DNA from: an uncultured Acidobacteriota bacterium
GTDB taxonomy: Bacteria > Acidobacteriota > UBA6911 > RPQK01 > JAPXNP01
Reading direction: 5' to 3'
DNA length: 64,000 nucleotides
Assembly (NCBI GenBank): GCA_963823995.1
Contig: CAWGNQ010000006.1
Span: forward strand, 503,685 to 567,684
Shown here: piece after piece, positions 17,746-26,360 of the stretch
Numbering within the stretch: position 1 is the stretch's first letter
Layout of the letters: each line of letters opens with the position of its first letter
The notes under the pieces: model-generated
What the model was told of the DNA's origin: nothing
Seen by the model: the letters and a program-made list of their open reading frames with translations, nothing else
Database searches by the model: none
Position numbers and translations under genes: made by a program

Positions 17746-20076
17746 TCAGGAGAGCGGGGCGCTGAGAGATGCGGTGCTGACTTCCGTGCCGGCGCAGGGA
17801 AACAGGATCGAGAACGTCGTTCCTCGGCCCGGTGCGCTCTCCACCTGAATGGAGCCGTTGTGCTGTCGGACGATGCCGTAGACGGTCGACAAGCCCAGAC
17901 CCGCGCCCCTGCCAAAGGCTTCGGTGGTGAAGAACGGGTCGAAGATCCGTGAGACCGTGTCTGGATCCATTCCCCGGCCGGAATCGGACACCCGAACTTC
18001 GACGTATGTGCCCGGGTCCAGCTCCGAAATCGTCTTGGAGTCGGATGCGTCCAGGCGGCGATTCCGCACGGAGAGGCGGAGTTGCCCACCGTTCGGCATC
18101 GCATTTCGCGCATTGGAGACGAAATTCTCGAGTACCCGCTCGATCAACTGGGTGTCGGCCAGGACCGGAGCGATACCGACGCCGTATTCATACTCCTGCC
18201 GGATTCCCTCACCCGCCAGGCGGGACAGGTTCGGTTGTAGGGCCGAGACGAACTCGGAGAGATCCACCCGGCGGAGATCGAGCAGCAGCTTTCGGCTGAA
18301 GGCGAGCAGTTTCTCGACCAGCCTGGCCGCCCGCAGCCCGGCCATCCGAATCTCCTCGAGATCCTCCTGGATTCCGGCTCCGCTGCGATCCGCCGCGAGC
18401 GCAAGCTCGGTCCGACCATTGATGATCATCAGGAGGTTGTTGAAATCATGGGCAACCCCGCCGGCAAGGTTGCCGACGGCCTCCATCTTCTGCGAGTGCC
18501 GAAGTTGGCTCTCGAGCCGCCTTCGTTCCTCGATGTCTCGAATAACGAGAAGACCCCGCTCTTCTCCGCCGACCGATGATCTCTGGGCCAGCATCTCCGC
18601 CCAGAAACTCGATCCGTCGCAGCGGCGCACGTGGAGTTCGTGCAGGGACGGCGCCGGACTGTGGAGGGCCGTCTCGACCCGCTCGGACCCCTCCTGGACC
18701 AGATCGCAGATGCCCTTCGTCACCAGACCTTCGCAGGAGCATCCCAGAAGCCGGGCCGCCGCCTCGTTGCTCTGGACGATGCGTCCCGTTTCGCCTTCGA
18801 CCAGCAGGATCCCTTCGTCGACGGCATTGAAAATCTCCCTGTAGATCGCTTCCGATCGCAGCAGTCTCTCTTCCGCCCGGACGCGCCGCTCGGCCAGTGA
18901 CAGCGCTTCGCGCGAGAGCAGGACGATCACGAAGGTGCCGGCCAGTACGAAGAGCCCGAGGGCGAGATCCGGATAATTCGGGCGGTCTCCCAGGAGGTAG
19001 CCTCCCAAGCCGAGCACAGGCAGGGAGAAGAGCATCAGATTATCGCGAAACTGCAAGACGGGCAGATAGCCGACGAAGGTGATGGCGATCCAGGCCAGAG
19101 GGCTGAGATCGACTCCGAACAACCAGCCGAAGAACAAAACCGCCGCAAAGCGCAGGCGCGCCACACGCCACTGACCCAGCCGCCTGGATGCGAACTCGTC
19201 CGCCAGGACCAGACCGCAAAGGACGAGGTAGAAGATCAGCACTCTGTCGTCGATCCAGCCCGAGTGAGCCACCAGATCACACAGAAAGGACAGCGAGATC
19301 AACGAGAAACCGGCTTGCCTGAGGACCGACCCGCGGATCAGTTCGGACTCTCGGTTCGGCGGCCCGGGAGCCGACATTCGAATCAGCAGAAACAGACCGG
19401 TGGCGAAAAGCACAGCCAGGACCCCCAGGGAACCTGCGTTGTAACCGTCCCACTCGAACCGAAACTCGCGAATGTCCAATTTGAATCCGTCGGAGGGAGG
19501 GAAGGTGAAGGCCACACTCCGAACCAGGGATGTTTGCAGGACTCCGTCCTGGAGGTCCGGATCGAGATTCGGATCTTCGGACGGTTCGAGATGGTCCAGA
19601 GGGAACTCGGTGCGGGTCCACCCCTGATCGGGGCCGCGAAGCGGGCCGTTGAAGATCTCCCCGTACTCGACATCATGCCGGTGGGTTCGTTCCCGAAGCG
19701 TGACTACGAACTCGGGGATCGTTCCATGGCCGCGCCAATCCAGCGTCAGGCGGGCGCCGAAACGGGGGGCGCCGGACAATTCCGTGACACCGAAGCCGAG
19801 GTACTGGTCCGACCTGGGAATCCCGACCTCCAGGAAGCGCTCGCCCGTTGCCGGCGTCTCCCGGAAGGTCAACGAAGAGTCCTGGAGCAGGTAGAGATAG
19901 ATCGGATACTGCTCGGTGAAGGCACCCAACACGTAACTGCCGGGGTCGATGATCGCCGCCGATCCGCCGGGGGGAAAGAAGAGGATCAGGACGATGATCG
20001 TCACCAGAGGCAGCAGCGCGAAGACTGCAACAACGGTGCGCAGGAGTCCGTTCATGCTCGACAATGCTTGAGACAT
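17746..20076 (-). CDS. Sensor histidine kinase with N-terminal 7TMR-DISM-type extracellular and 7TM module, PAS, HisKA and HATPase domains; no cognate response regulator in the window
   Basis: 776 aa; signal peptide plus a ~200 aa periplasmic domain, then 7 hydrophobic helices, a PAS region (EGILLVEGETGRIVQSNEAAARLLG), the H-box HSQKMEAVGNLAGGVAHDFNN and the ATPase boxes NARNAMPNGG / SGRGM / GLGL. Confidence 0.8.
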   Translation of the reverse strand: MSQALSSMNGLLRTVVAVFALLPLVTIIVLILFFPPGGSAAIIDPGSYVLGAFTEQYPIYLYLLQDSSLTFRETPATGERFLEVGIPRSDQYLGFGVTELSGAPRFGARLTLDWRGHGTIPEFVVTLRERTHRHDVEYGEIFNGPLRGPDQGWTRTEFPLDHLEPSEDPNLDPDLQDGVLQTSLVRSVAFTFPPSDGFKLDIREFRFEWDGYNAGSLGVLAVLFATGLFLLIRMSAPGPPNRESELIRGSVLRQAGFSLISLSFLCDLVAHSGWIDDRVLIFYLVLCGLVLADEFASRRLGQWRVARLRFAAVLFFGWLFGVDLSPLAWIAITFVGYLPVLQFRDNLMLFSLPVLGLGGYLLGDRPNYPDLALGLFVLAGTFVIVLLSREALSLAERRVRAEERLLRSEAIYREIFNAVDEGILLVEGETGRIVQSNEAAARLLGCSCEGLVTKGICDLVQEGSERVETALHSPAPSLHELHVRRCDGSSFWAEMLAQRSSVGGEERGLLVIRDIEERRRLESQLRHSQKMEAVGNLAGGVAHDFNNLLMIINGRTELALAADRSGAGIQEDLEEIRMAGLRAARLVEKLLAFSRKLLLDLRRVDLSEFVSALQPNLSRLAGEGIRQEYEYGVGIAPVLADTQLIERVLENFVSNARNAMPNGGQLRLSVRNRRLDASDSKTISELDPGTYVEVRVSDSGRGMDPDTVSRIFDPFFTTEAFGRGAGLGLSTVYGIVRQHNGSIQVESAPGRGTTFSILFPCAGTEVSTASLSAPLS

Positions 20077-20165
20077 AGTTCGGCCGTGTCTGCCGTTCGA
20101 TCTTAAGATCGGTTCCTCCGGGAAAGACCATTAGGGTTCTGAGACTGGTTGAAGAGGAGTGCTCC

Positions 20166-21443
20166 TCAGCTCTGGAAGAGGACGAGAGTGTTCGGAGGAA
20201 TCTGGGCGTCATTGATCTCGTCGCCGCTGAGGATCGTCCCGTCGGGCAGGCGATAGAAGGTCGATGGATAGTTCCACTTGCGTCCGGCAATTCGGGAGGG
20301 CAGCCGGTTTCGCTTGACGTGCCCGCCGTAGACGTACCCGACCAGAACTCGGGTTCCGGCAGGCAGCGACTCGAGCAGGCGCCGGGTCGAGCGCCTTCGA
20401 TACAGGTCGTGACCGGTTCTCACCATGCCGCTGGGAAGCAGGTAGATGGTGGTGTTACTGTCGAACGCCTCCCCCGCGATTTCATGTCCGCTCTCTCCCA
20501 GTTTTGCTTCGACGAAACCTTCGAAACTCGACTCGTCTTCCTGAGAGACCAAGACAGCGGTGCCCACGGGTATCTGACCCCAGTCCGTAATCTGGTCGCC
20601 GGACTGACGGGTCCCGTTCGGGAAGATGTAGACCGTGTGAGCGCTGTCGTACTGGTCGCGCGCAATGTACCAGGCGGTGCGTCGGGCCGTGATGACATTC
20701 TCGTCGCTGCCGGCGGGCGTGCCGGCAGCCGCGACCCTGGAGGGAGCTGCCGATGCGACTCCTTCACGGAAATGGTAGAGGTAGTGTTGCAGCTCCACAT
20801 CAGCCACCTTGACCCTCCCGGCACGGACATCCGGATCGGATGAGGGACTCGCCGTCAATCCGAGTCTCTGGCGGACATCGGGCCGCGCGAAGATCATGCC
20901 GCATCGTTTCCGGCCACGGTGGTTGAAGGGATAGAAGCGGTTGGGGCGACCGTAGGCAACCATCGAGTGGGTAAGGACGTTCTTGTCCGGAATTTTGTAC
21001 AGGCTTTGCAGTTGTCGGAGAAGCTCCCGGACAGCCCGATACTGTGCGTCAGTGATGTCCTGGTCGTGGTACCCGACGATTTCGATCCCGATCGAGTAGT
21101 TGTCGATCGGGCCGTGACCCTCCCACATGCTCCTGCCTGCATGGGTCGCAATTTTCGACTTGTCGACGACCCGGTACACGCGTCCTTTCTTGGTCACGAA
21201 GTAGTGGGTTTCACCGCGACGCCAGACCTTCCGAAGCGAACCGGTCTCTCCGCCCTCCGTCGTGTGCAGGATGATGTACCTGGTGTGAGGACGTTTCGGA
21301 CGGACGCGGTTTCTGGGACTGAAGTGGTTGCGGATGTCCAGACTGGCGGCGAAGATCTGCGTTCCGGAGATGGCGGCCAGTCCGATCGCCGTACACCAGG
21401 CATGTCGAATGACATCTCTGCGCGAAACTTTCCCTGAATCCAT
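20166..21443 (-). CDS. Secreted amidase_2/PGRP-domain peptidoglycan amidase (N-acetylmuramoyl-L-alanine amidase-like) with a C-terminal repeat domain
   Basis: Amidase_2 core YIILHTTEGG...HYFVTKKGRVYRVV...ATHAG...NYSIGIEIVGYH...AQYRAVRELLRQL. N-terminal signal with an RR motif. The C-terminal ~200 aa hold paired YxxPxGTxxSGD repeats. Confidence 0.7.
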   Translation of the reverse strand: MDSGKVSRRDVIRHAWCTAIGLAAISGTQIFAASLDIRNHFSPRNRVRPKRPHTRYIILHTTEGGETGSLRKVWRRGETHYFVTKKGRVYRVVDKSKIATHAGRSMWEGHGPIDNYSIGIEIVGYHDQDITDAQYRAVRELLRQLQSLYKIPDKNVLTHSMVAYGRPNRFYPFNHRGRKRCGMIFARPDVRQRLGLTASPSSDPDVRAGRVKVADVELQHYLYHFREGVASAAPSRVAAAGTPAGSDENVITARRTAWYIARDQYDSAHTVYIFPNGTRQSGDQITDWGQIPVGTAVLVSQEDESSFEGFVEAKLGESGHEIAGEAFDSNTTIYLLPSGMVRTGHDLYRRRSTRRLLESLPAGTRVLVGYVYGGHVKRNRLPSRIAGRKWNYPSTFYRLPDGTILSGDEINDAQIPPNTLVLFQS

Positions 21444-21561
21444 GTTCGACTGTCATTCGAGGGGTGAGAGAATCAGGTCGTTCGCCCAGCATCCATGCGT
21501 CCCCTGCTACCTCGCTCTCGGACCCCCAACTTCGATATCTGGGCGGGACAGCGCTAGAACC

Positions 21562-22290
21562 CTACCACACTACGGTGCTGTTTCGCGGACCCAGCCGGAA
21601 GTAGAGCTGCCCCTGGAACGGAGTTCTATGCAGCGCTCCGGTGTCGTAGTCGACGATCTTTCGATCGAGAATGCGGAGTCCCGCCGCGTCAATCGTCCGG
21701 GCGATTTCAGCCGGGCTGAACAGGTAACCCCGACCGTGAAGCTTGCGGCTGCCGAAGACCAGGTCGAACTCTCTCGCACCGTTCTCGCTTCGGAAATGGA
21801 CGATGTCGTCGAGAAGGTTGCGGAACAGGGTTGTCCAGCCGTAGGCGCGGGCATTGTAACGATTGTGGACATCCATGTGCAGCGAGCCCCCCGGGGCCAG
21901 GAGGGAGGCCATCGTGCGGAGCGCCGCGACCCGCGCATCGAAGCCTCGAATGTGCCCGAGTACGTTCCACAGACAGGTCATGTTGTCGAAAGTCTGATCG
22001 GGAGGATGAAACTCCTCAATGGGGATGATATGGACACAGGAACATGATTTGCGGCAAAGGGACGCCATGGCCGGGCTCGGTTCGACCATCACCAGGCGCT
22101 CAATCCCGGCTCGGAGCACCAGCCGTTGTGCCCGGACCCCGTCTCCGGCGCCCACGTCGAGCAAGCTGTTTCCGGTCAGCCAGGGGGCGACGAGTCGATC
22201 GATGCTCGCCAGATACGCCGCGCGCCGTCCGGCGTATTCCCGAAAAAAGGGTGCGAGATCGTCATAGAACGCATCGGTTGAGCTCGTCAT
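21562..22290 (-). CDS. Class I SAM-dependent methyltransferase
   Basis: LLDVGAGDGVRAQRL (motif I) and MVEPSPAM (motif II). Divergent from the epimerase/aminotransferase/KamA gene run. Confidence 0.7.
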   Translation of the reverse strand: MTSSTDAFYDDLAPFFREYAGRRAAYLASIDRLVAPWLTGNSLLDVGAGDGVRAQRLVLRAGIERLVMVEPSPAMASLCRKSCSCVHIIPIEEFHPPDQTFDNMTCLWNVLGHIRGFDARVAALRTMASLLAPGGSLHMDVHNRYNARAYGWTTLFRNLLDDIVHFRSENGAREFDLVFGSRKLHGRGYLFSPAEIARTIDAAGLRILDRKIVDYDTGALHRTPFQGQLYFRLGPRNSTVVW

Positions 22291-22407
22291 TCTCCGCGCT
22301 CACGTTAACACAGGGACCAGGAGGCCGGGATTGCCTGCGCACGGGGGGCACCTCGGGCTGCACCCGGTTCGCAGTGGTCGTGCCAACCCGGTTATACTGC
22401 GTGGGAT

Positions 22408-23607
22408 ATGACCGGCAGCTTGCGTCGAATCGCATTCGTCACTACCTCGAGGGCCGACTACGGTCACCTCTACTGGCCCATGAAGGAGGTGCTGCAAGCT
22501 CCGCAGTTGGATCTGTCCCTGATCGTTCTCGGATCGCACCTGTCGCCCGAGTTCGGGCGAACCGTCGGAGAAATCGAACGAGACGGATTTCCGATCACCG
22601 ATCGCATCGAATGTCTGCTCAGTAGCGACAGTGACGTCGGGATGGCCAAGACCATCGGTTTGGCGACACTGAGTCTGGCCGAGGCGTTGGATCGACATCG
22701 ACCCGATCTGCTCGTCCTCATAGCCGACCGGTACGAAATGCTGGCCCCGGCATCGACCGCTCTGGCTCTCCGCATCCCCATCGTACATATCGAGGGTGGG
22801 GAAGTGAGCGAGGGAGCGATCGACGAAGCGGTCCGCAATGCCCTCACCAAATTGAGTCATATTCACTTGACGCCGACCGAAAGCTCGCGACGACGGGTTC
22901 TGGCGATGGGCGAGGAGTCTTGGCGGGTGCACCGGGTCGGCGCTCCTTCCCTCGATCACCTTTATCGGCGTCCGATTCCCGGACGGGAGGAGGTTGAGCG
23001 GGAACTCGGTGTCGATCTCGACATGCCGACGATCCTGGTTCTCTATCACCCTGTGACTCTGGCGCGGGACACTACGTTCGAGGCAGACTCGCTCTACGAG
23101 ATTCTGGCCGGGCTCGAACAGCAGATCCTGTTCTGTTTCCCCAATTCCGACGCCGGTAGTCGCGCACTGATCGAGCGGTCGCGAGTTTTTTGCCGGCATC
23201 ATCCAAAGGCCCGCCTGTTCGTAAATCTGGCACATTTGAAGTACTGGGCGCTGCTGCGACACGTCAGCCTCCTGGTCGGAAACTCGAGCAGCGGCATCAT
23301 GGAAACACCCTCGCTGTCCCTGCCGACGGTCAATGTAGGGATTCGGCAGCGTGGGCGGGAACGAGCCCGCAACGTCATCGACGTGGAATCGGAGCCCGAT
23401 GCGATTCGCAAAGGCATCCTGGAGGCGCTGCGACCTGAATTCCGCGCCTCGCTGGAGGGCCTGGTCAACCCCTATGGAGACGGGCATGCCTCCGAACGAA
23501 TCGTGCGGATCCTGAAAGAGGTCGAACTGGGGGACCGTCTCCTCATCAAGCCCGCGGTTCCGCTGATGCCTTCAGCCGAACCTGTTGCGGCCGTGCAGGA
23601 CCCATGA
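22408..23607 (+). CDS. UDP-N-acetylglucosamine 2-epimerase (hydrolysing), NeuC/LegG-like
   Basis: IAFVTTSRADYGHLYWPMKEVL, HLSPEFGRTVGEIERDGF, HIEGGEVSEGAIDEAVRNALTKLSHIHL and NSSSGIMETPSLSLPTVNVGIRQRGRE match the hydrolysing-epimerase family. Confidence 0.75.
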   Translation: MTGSLRRIAFVTTSRADYGHLYWPMKEVLQAPQLDLSLIVLGSHLSPEFGRTVGEIERDGFPITDRIECLLSSDSDVGMAKTIGLATLSLAEALDRHRPDLLVLIADRYEMLAPASTALALRIPIVHIEGGEVSEGAIDEAVRNALTKLSHIHLTPTESSRRRVLAMGEESWRVHRVGAPSLDHLYRRPIPGREEVERELGVDLDMPTILVLYHPVTLARDTTFEADSLYEILAGLEQQILFCFPNSDAGSRALIERSRVFCRHHPKARLFVNLAHLKYWALLRHVSLLVGNSSSGIMETPSLSLPTVNVGIRQRGRERARNVIDVESEPDAIRKGILEALRPEFRASLEGLVNPYGDGHASERIVRILKEVELGDRLLIKPAVPLMPSAEPVAAVQDP

Positions 23608-24755
23608 CGAAGGTTCCCCTTTCGTCACCCGATATTGGGCGCGAAGAGATCGAGGCGGTCGTCGACGTACTCGGCAGTGCGAGACTGAGCTGGGGTCCGC
23701 GGCTGAAGCAATTCGAAACAGAGTTCGCGCGATTTGTGGGACAGGAGTTTGCTGTTGGAGTCTCCAGCGGAACGGCCGCTCTGCACCTGAGTCTGCTGGC
23801 AGCCGGCGTCGGGGCAGGTGATCTGGTCGTAACCACTCCACTTTCCTTCATCAGCTCCGCCAACGCGGCATTGTACGTGGGTGCACGGCCCGTCTTTGTC
23901 GACGTCGAATCGAGGACAGGGAACCTCGATCCGAATCGGGTCTCCGATTGCGTTCGCAACCTACGCAGCGGCGGTCTGCCTGTTCGAGCCATTCTGCCCG
24001 TACATCTCTTTGGTCATCCCGCTGCAATGAACCCGCTTCTCGAAATTGCCCGGGAGAACGATCTGCTCGTCATCGAGGACGCATGTGAAGCATTGGGTTC
24101 CGAATATCGGGGGCGACAGGTCGGCAGCTTCGGGCATGCATCCGCCTTTGGGTTCTATCCGAACAAGCAGTTGACAACCGGCGAGGGAGGCATCGTCGTC
24201 ACCTCGGATCCAAAATGGGCCGACCTGTTCGAGTCTCTGCGAAACCAGGGGCGGGGCACCGGCTCGTCCGAGGCTGTGGCGGTCCGCCTCGGCTACAACT
24301 ACCGGCTGAATGAGCTGAGCGCCGCGCTCGGACTGGTCCAGTTGCGGCGATTCGACGATCTGCAACGGAAGCGCGCACGGGTCGTCGAATGGTACAGGCA
24401 GCGTCTCGAGGGCATCCATGGCATCGGACTTCCGGAGGTCCTGCCGGAAGCGACTCGAATGTCCTGGTTTCTCTTCCGTGTGATTCTGAGTGGTCCCGAG
24501 GAACGCGCGAGAGTCGAAGGCGCCTTGGCAGAGCGTGGCATTCCATCCCGCGGATACTTCACGCCGATTCACCTGCAGCCTTACTATCGGGAGCATTTCG
24601 GATTTCAGTCGGGCATGTTTCCAATCGCGGAACGTCTGGGAGGTTCTTCCCTGGCGCTTCCCTTTTCCAGCGTCATGACCGAGCAGCAGGTCGACATGGT
24701 CTGCCACGAACTCCGCCAGGTGTTCGAATCGCAGCGCCTGCATGCCGGTCATTGA
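23604..24755 (+). CDS. DegT/DnrJ/EryC1/StrS-family PLP-dependent sugar aminotransferase
   Basis: FAVGVSSGTAALHLSL, VIEDACEALGSEYRGRQVGSFG and SFYPNKQLTTGEGGIVVT (the PLP-lysine region). Overlaps the epimerase by 4 nt (ATGA). Confidence 0.8.
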   Translation: MTKVPLSSPDIGREEIEAVVDVLGSARLSWGPRLKQFETEFARFVGQEFAVGVSSGTAALHLSLLAAGVGAGDLVVTTPLSFISSANAALYVGARPVFVDVESRTGNLDPNRVSDCVRNLRSGGLPVRAILPVHLFGHPAAMNPLLEIARENDLLVIEDACEALGSEYRGRQVGSFGHASAFGFYPNKQLTTGEGGIVVTSDPKWADLFESLRNQGRGTGSSEAVAVRLGYNYRLNELSAALGLVQLRRFDDLQRKRARVVEWYRQRLEGIHGIGLPEVLPEATRMSWFLFRVILSGPEERARVEGALAERGIPSRGYFTPIHLQPYYREHFGFQSGMFPIAERLGGSSLALPFSSVMTEQQVDMVCHELRQVFESQRLHAGH

Positions 24756-24959
24756 CGACACCGCCGGGAAGCTGACCATGACGGCCATGACGGGACCGAT
24801 TGCGTCGCGCTGGTCGTCCCGTCGTGGCGAAAAAGCCTGTGTCAATCCGGTGATGAGAAATCCGCAAAATTCTCTGTTACTTGTCGCCCTGTTCGTGCAT
24901 CATATCAAGCGGCCGTTCGTTCCGCGCGGACATGATGATACGAATGGAGTAGCTTCAAA

Positions 24960-26360
24960 ATGAGACACGTTCGAATGACCGAAAGGAGGAGCGCTACCGC
25001 GCCGTCGATGCCGGCTCGCGAAAGCGAAGCCGAGCTCGACCATCCTCCGCCCCTTCCGACCGCTACGGTGTCCGCACGCTCCGCGCCGACACCATCGGAT
25101 TCTTCTCCTTTTCCCGCAAGACAACCGTTTCCGCAGGCTCAGTGGGCCGACTGGCGCTGGCAGTTGCGTCATCGCATCCGGTCGGTCGAACAGCTCCTGG
25201 AGTATTTTCCCGGAGTCCAGGAAACGGACGCCTTGAGGCAGGCCTCGGACCGATTCCCTCTGGCCGTTACGCCCTACTATGCCTCACTCATCCGCAGCGT
25301 CGGGGTCGACGACCCGGTCTACCAGATGGCGGTGCCCCAAGTCGGAGAGCTCTTCGACGGACCGTTTCTCACCGAAGACCCACTGTCCGAGGATGAAGAC
25401 ATGCCGGTCCCCGGTCTGGTCCATCGCTACCCGGACCGAGCACTTCTGATTGCGACGTCCGCGTGTGCGGTCTACTGTCGTCACTGTACGCGTAAACGGG
25501 TCACGGGCCACCGGGAAACCATGATCAGCCGCACCGATCTGGACCTCGTCATCGGGTATCTGCGGCAGCACCCGGAAATTCGGGATGTCATCGTCTCGGG
25601 CGGAGATCCGCTGACTCTGGCTACCGAGGTACTGGAAGAGATCCTCGCCGCCCTGCGTGCCGTGCCGTCCGTGGAGATCATCCGGATCGGCACCCGAACT
25701 CCGGTGACACTGCCCATGCGCATCACCGATGAGCTCGTCGAGATGCTGCGGCGCTACCACCCGGTCTTCGTCAATGCGCACTTCAATCATCCGGTGGAAC
25801 TGACGGCCGACTCAACCGAGGCCTGCCTCAGACTCGCGGACGCAGGCATTCCCCTCGGCAATCAGTCGGTCCTGCTGCGGGGGGTCAATGATTCCCCACT
25901 GGTCCTCGAGACGCTCTTCCGGTCTTTGTTGCGCATTCGAGTGCGTCCGTACTATCTGTTTCAGTGTGACCTCGTGAGAGGAGTCGAGCATTTCCGTACG
26001 CCCATTTCGAGGGGATTGGAGATCATGGAGTACCTGCGGGGCCGGTTGAGCGGTCTGGCAATTCCGACCTTTGTCGTCGATGCTCCACACGGCGGTGGAA
26101 AGATCCCCCTGCTGCCGACCTATATTCTCTCCATGAGCCCGACCCACACGGTACTGCGCAACTTCGAGGGGCTGATCGTCTCCTATCCGGAACCGGCCGC
26201 CGCGGAGCTCCAGCTTCCCGGTTCGGCCCGCGACGGGACGCGGGGGGGAGTCTGGGAGGTTGCCACAGGAAGGCGGTCCCACCTGCAGCCGGAACAGATG
26301 GAGCGGCAGGAGCGACGGTCCGCGAATGGGCGATCTCGTCGGACAGGTGAACCTCGATGA
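24960..26360 (+). CDS. KamA-family radical-SAM 2,3-aminomutase (lysine 2,3-aminomutase-like) with a Pro/Ser-rich N-terminal extension
   Basis: Radical-SAM CAVYCRHCTRKR (CxxxCxxC), VIVSGGDPL, and the KamA core WQLRHRIRSVEQL...LLRGVNDSP...YYLFQCDLVRGVEHFRT. The substrate (lysine, glutamate or arginine) cannot be read from the sequence by eye. Confidence 0.8.
   Translation: MRHVRMTERRSATAPSMPARESEAELDHPPPLPTATVSARSAPTPSDSSPFPARQPFPQAQWADWRWQLRHRIRSVEQLLEYFPGVQETDALRQASDRFPLAVTPYYASLIRSVGVDDPVYQMAVPQVGELFDGPFLTEDPLSEDEDMPVPGLVHRYPDRALLIATSACAVYCRHCTRKRVTGHRETMISRTDLDLVIGYLRQHPEIRDVIVSGGDPLTLATEVLEEILAALRAVPSVEIIRIGTRTPVTLPMRITDELVEMLRRYHPVFVNAHFNHPVELTADSTEACLRLADAGIPLGNQSVLLRGVNDSPLVLETLFRSLLRIRVRPYYLFQCDLVRGVEHFRTPISRGLEIMEYLRGRLSGLAIPTFVVDAPHGGGKIPLLPTYILSMSPTHTVLRNFEGLIVSYPEPAAAELQLPGSARDGTRGGVWEVATGRRSHLQPEQMERQERRSANGRSRRTGEPR

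Noticed and set aside
17924-18844. 306-aa plus ORF
   Set aside because: It is antisense to the sensor histidine kinase. It is Ser/Arg-rich.
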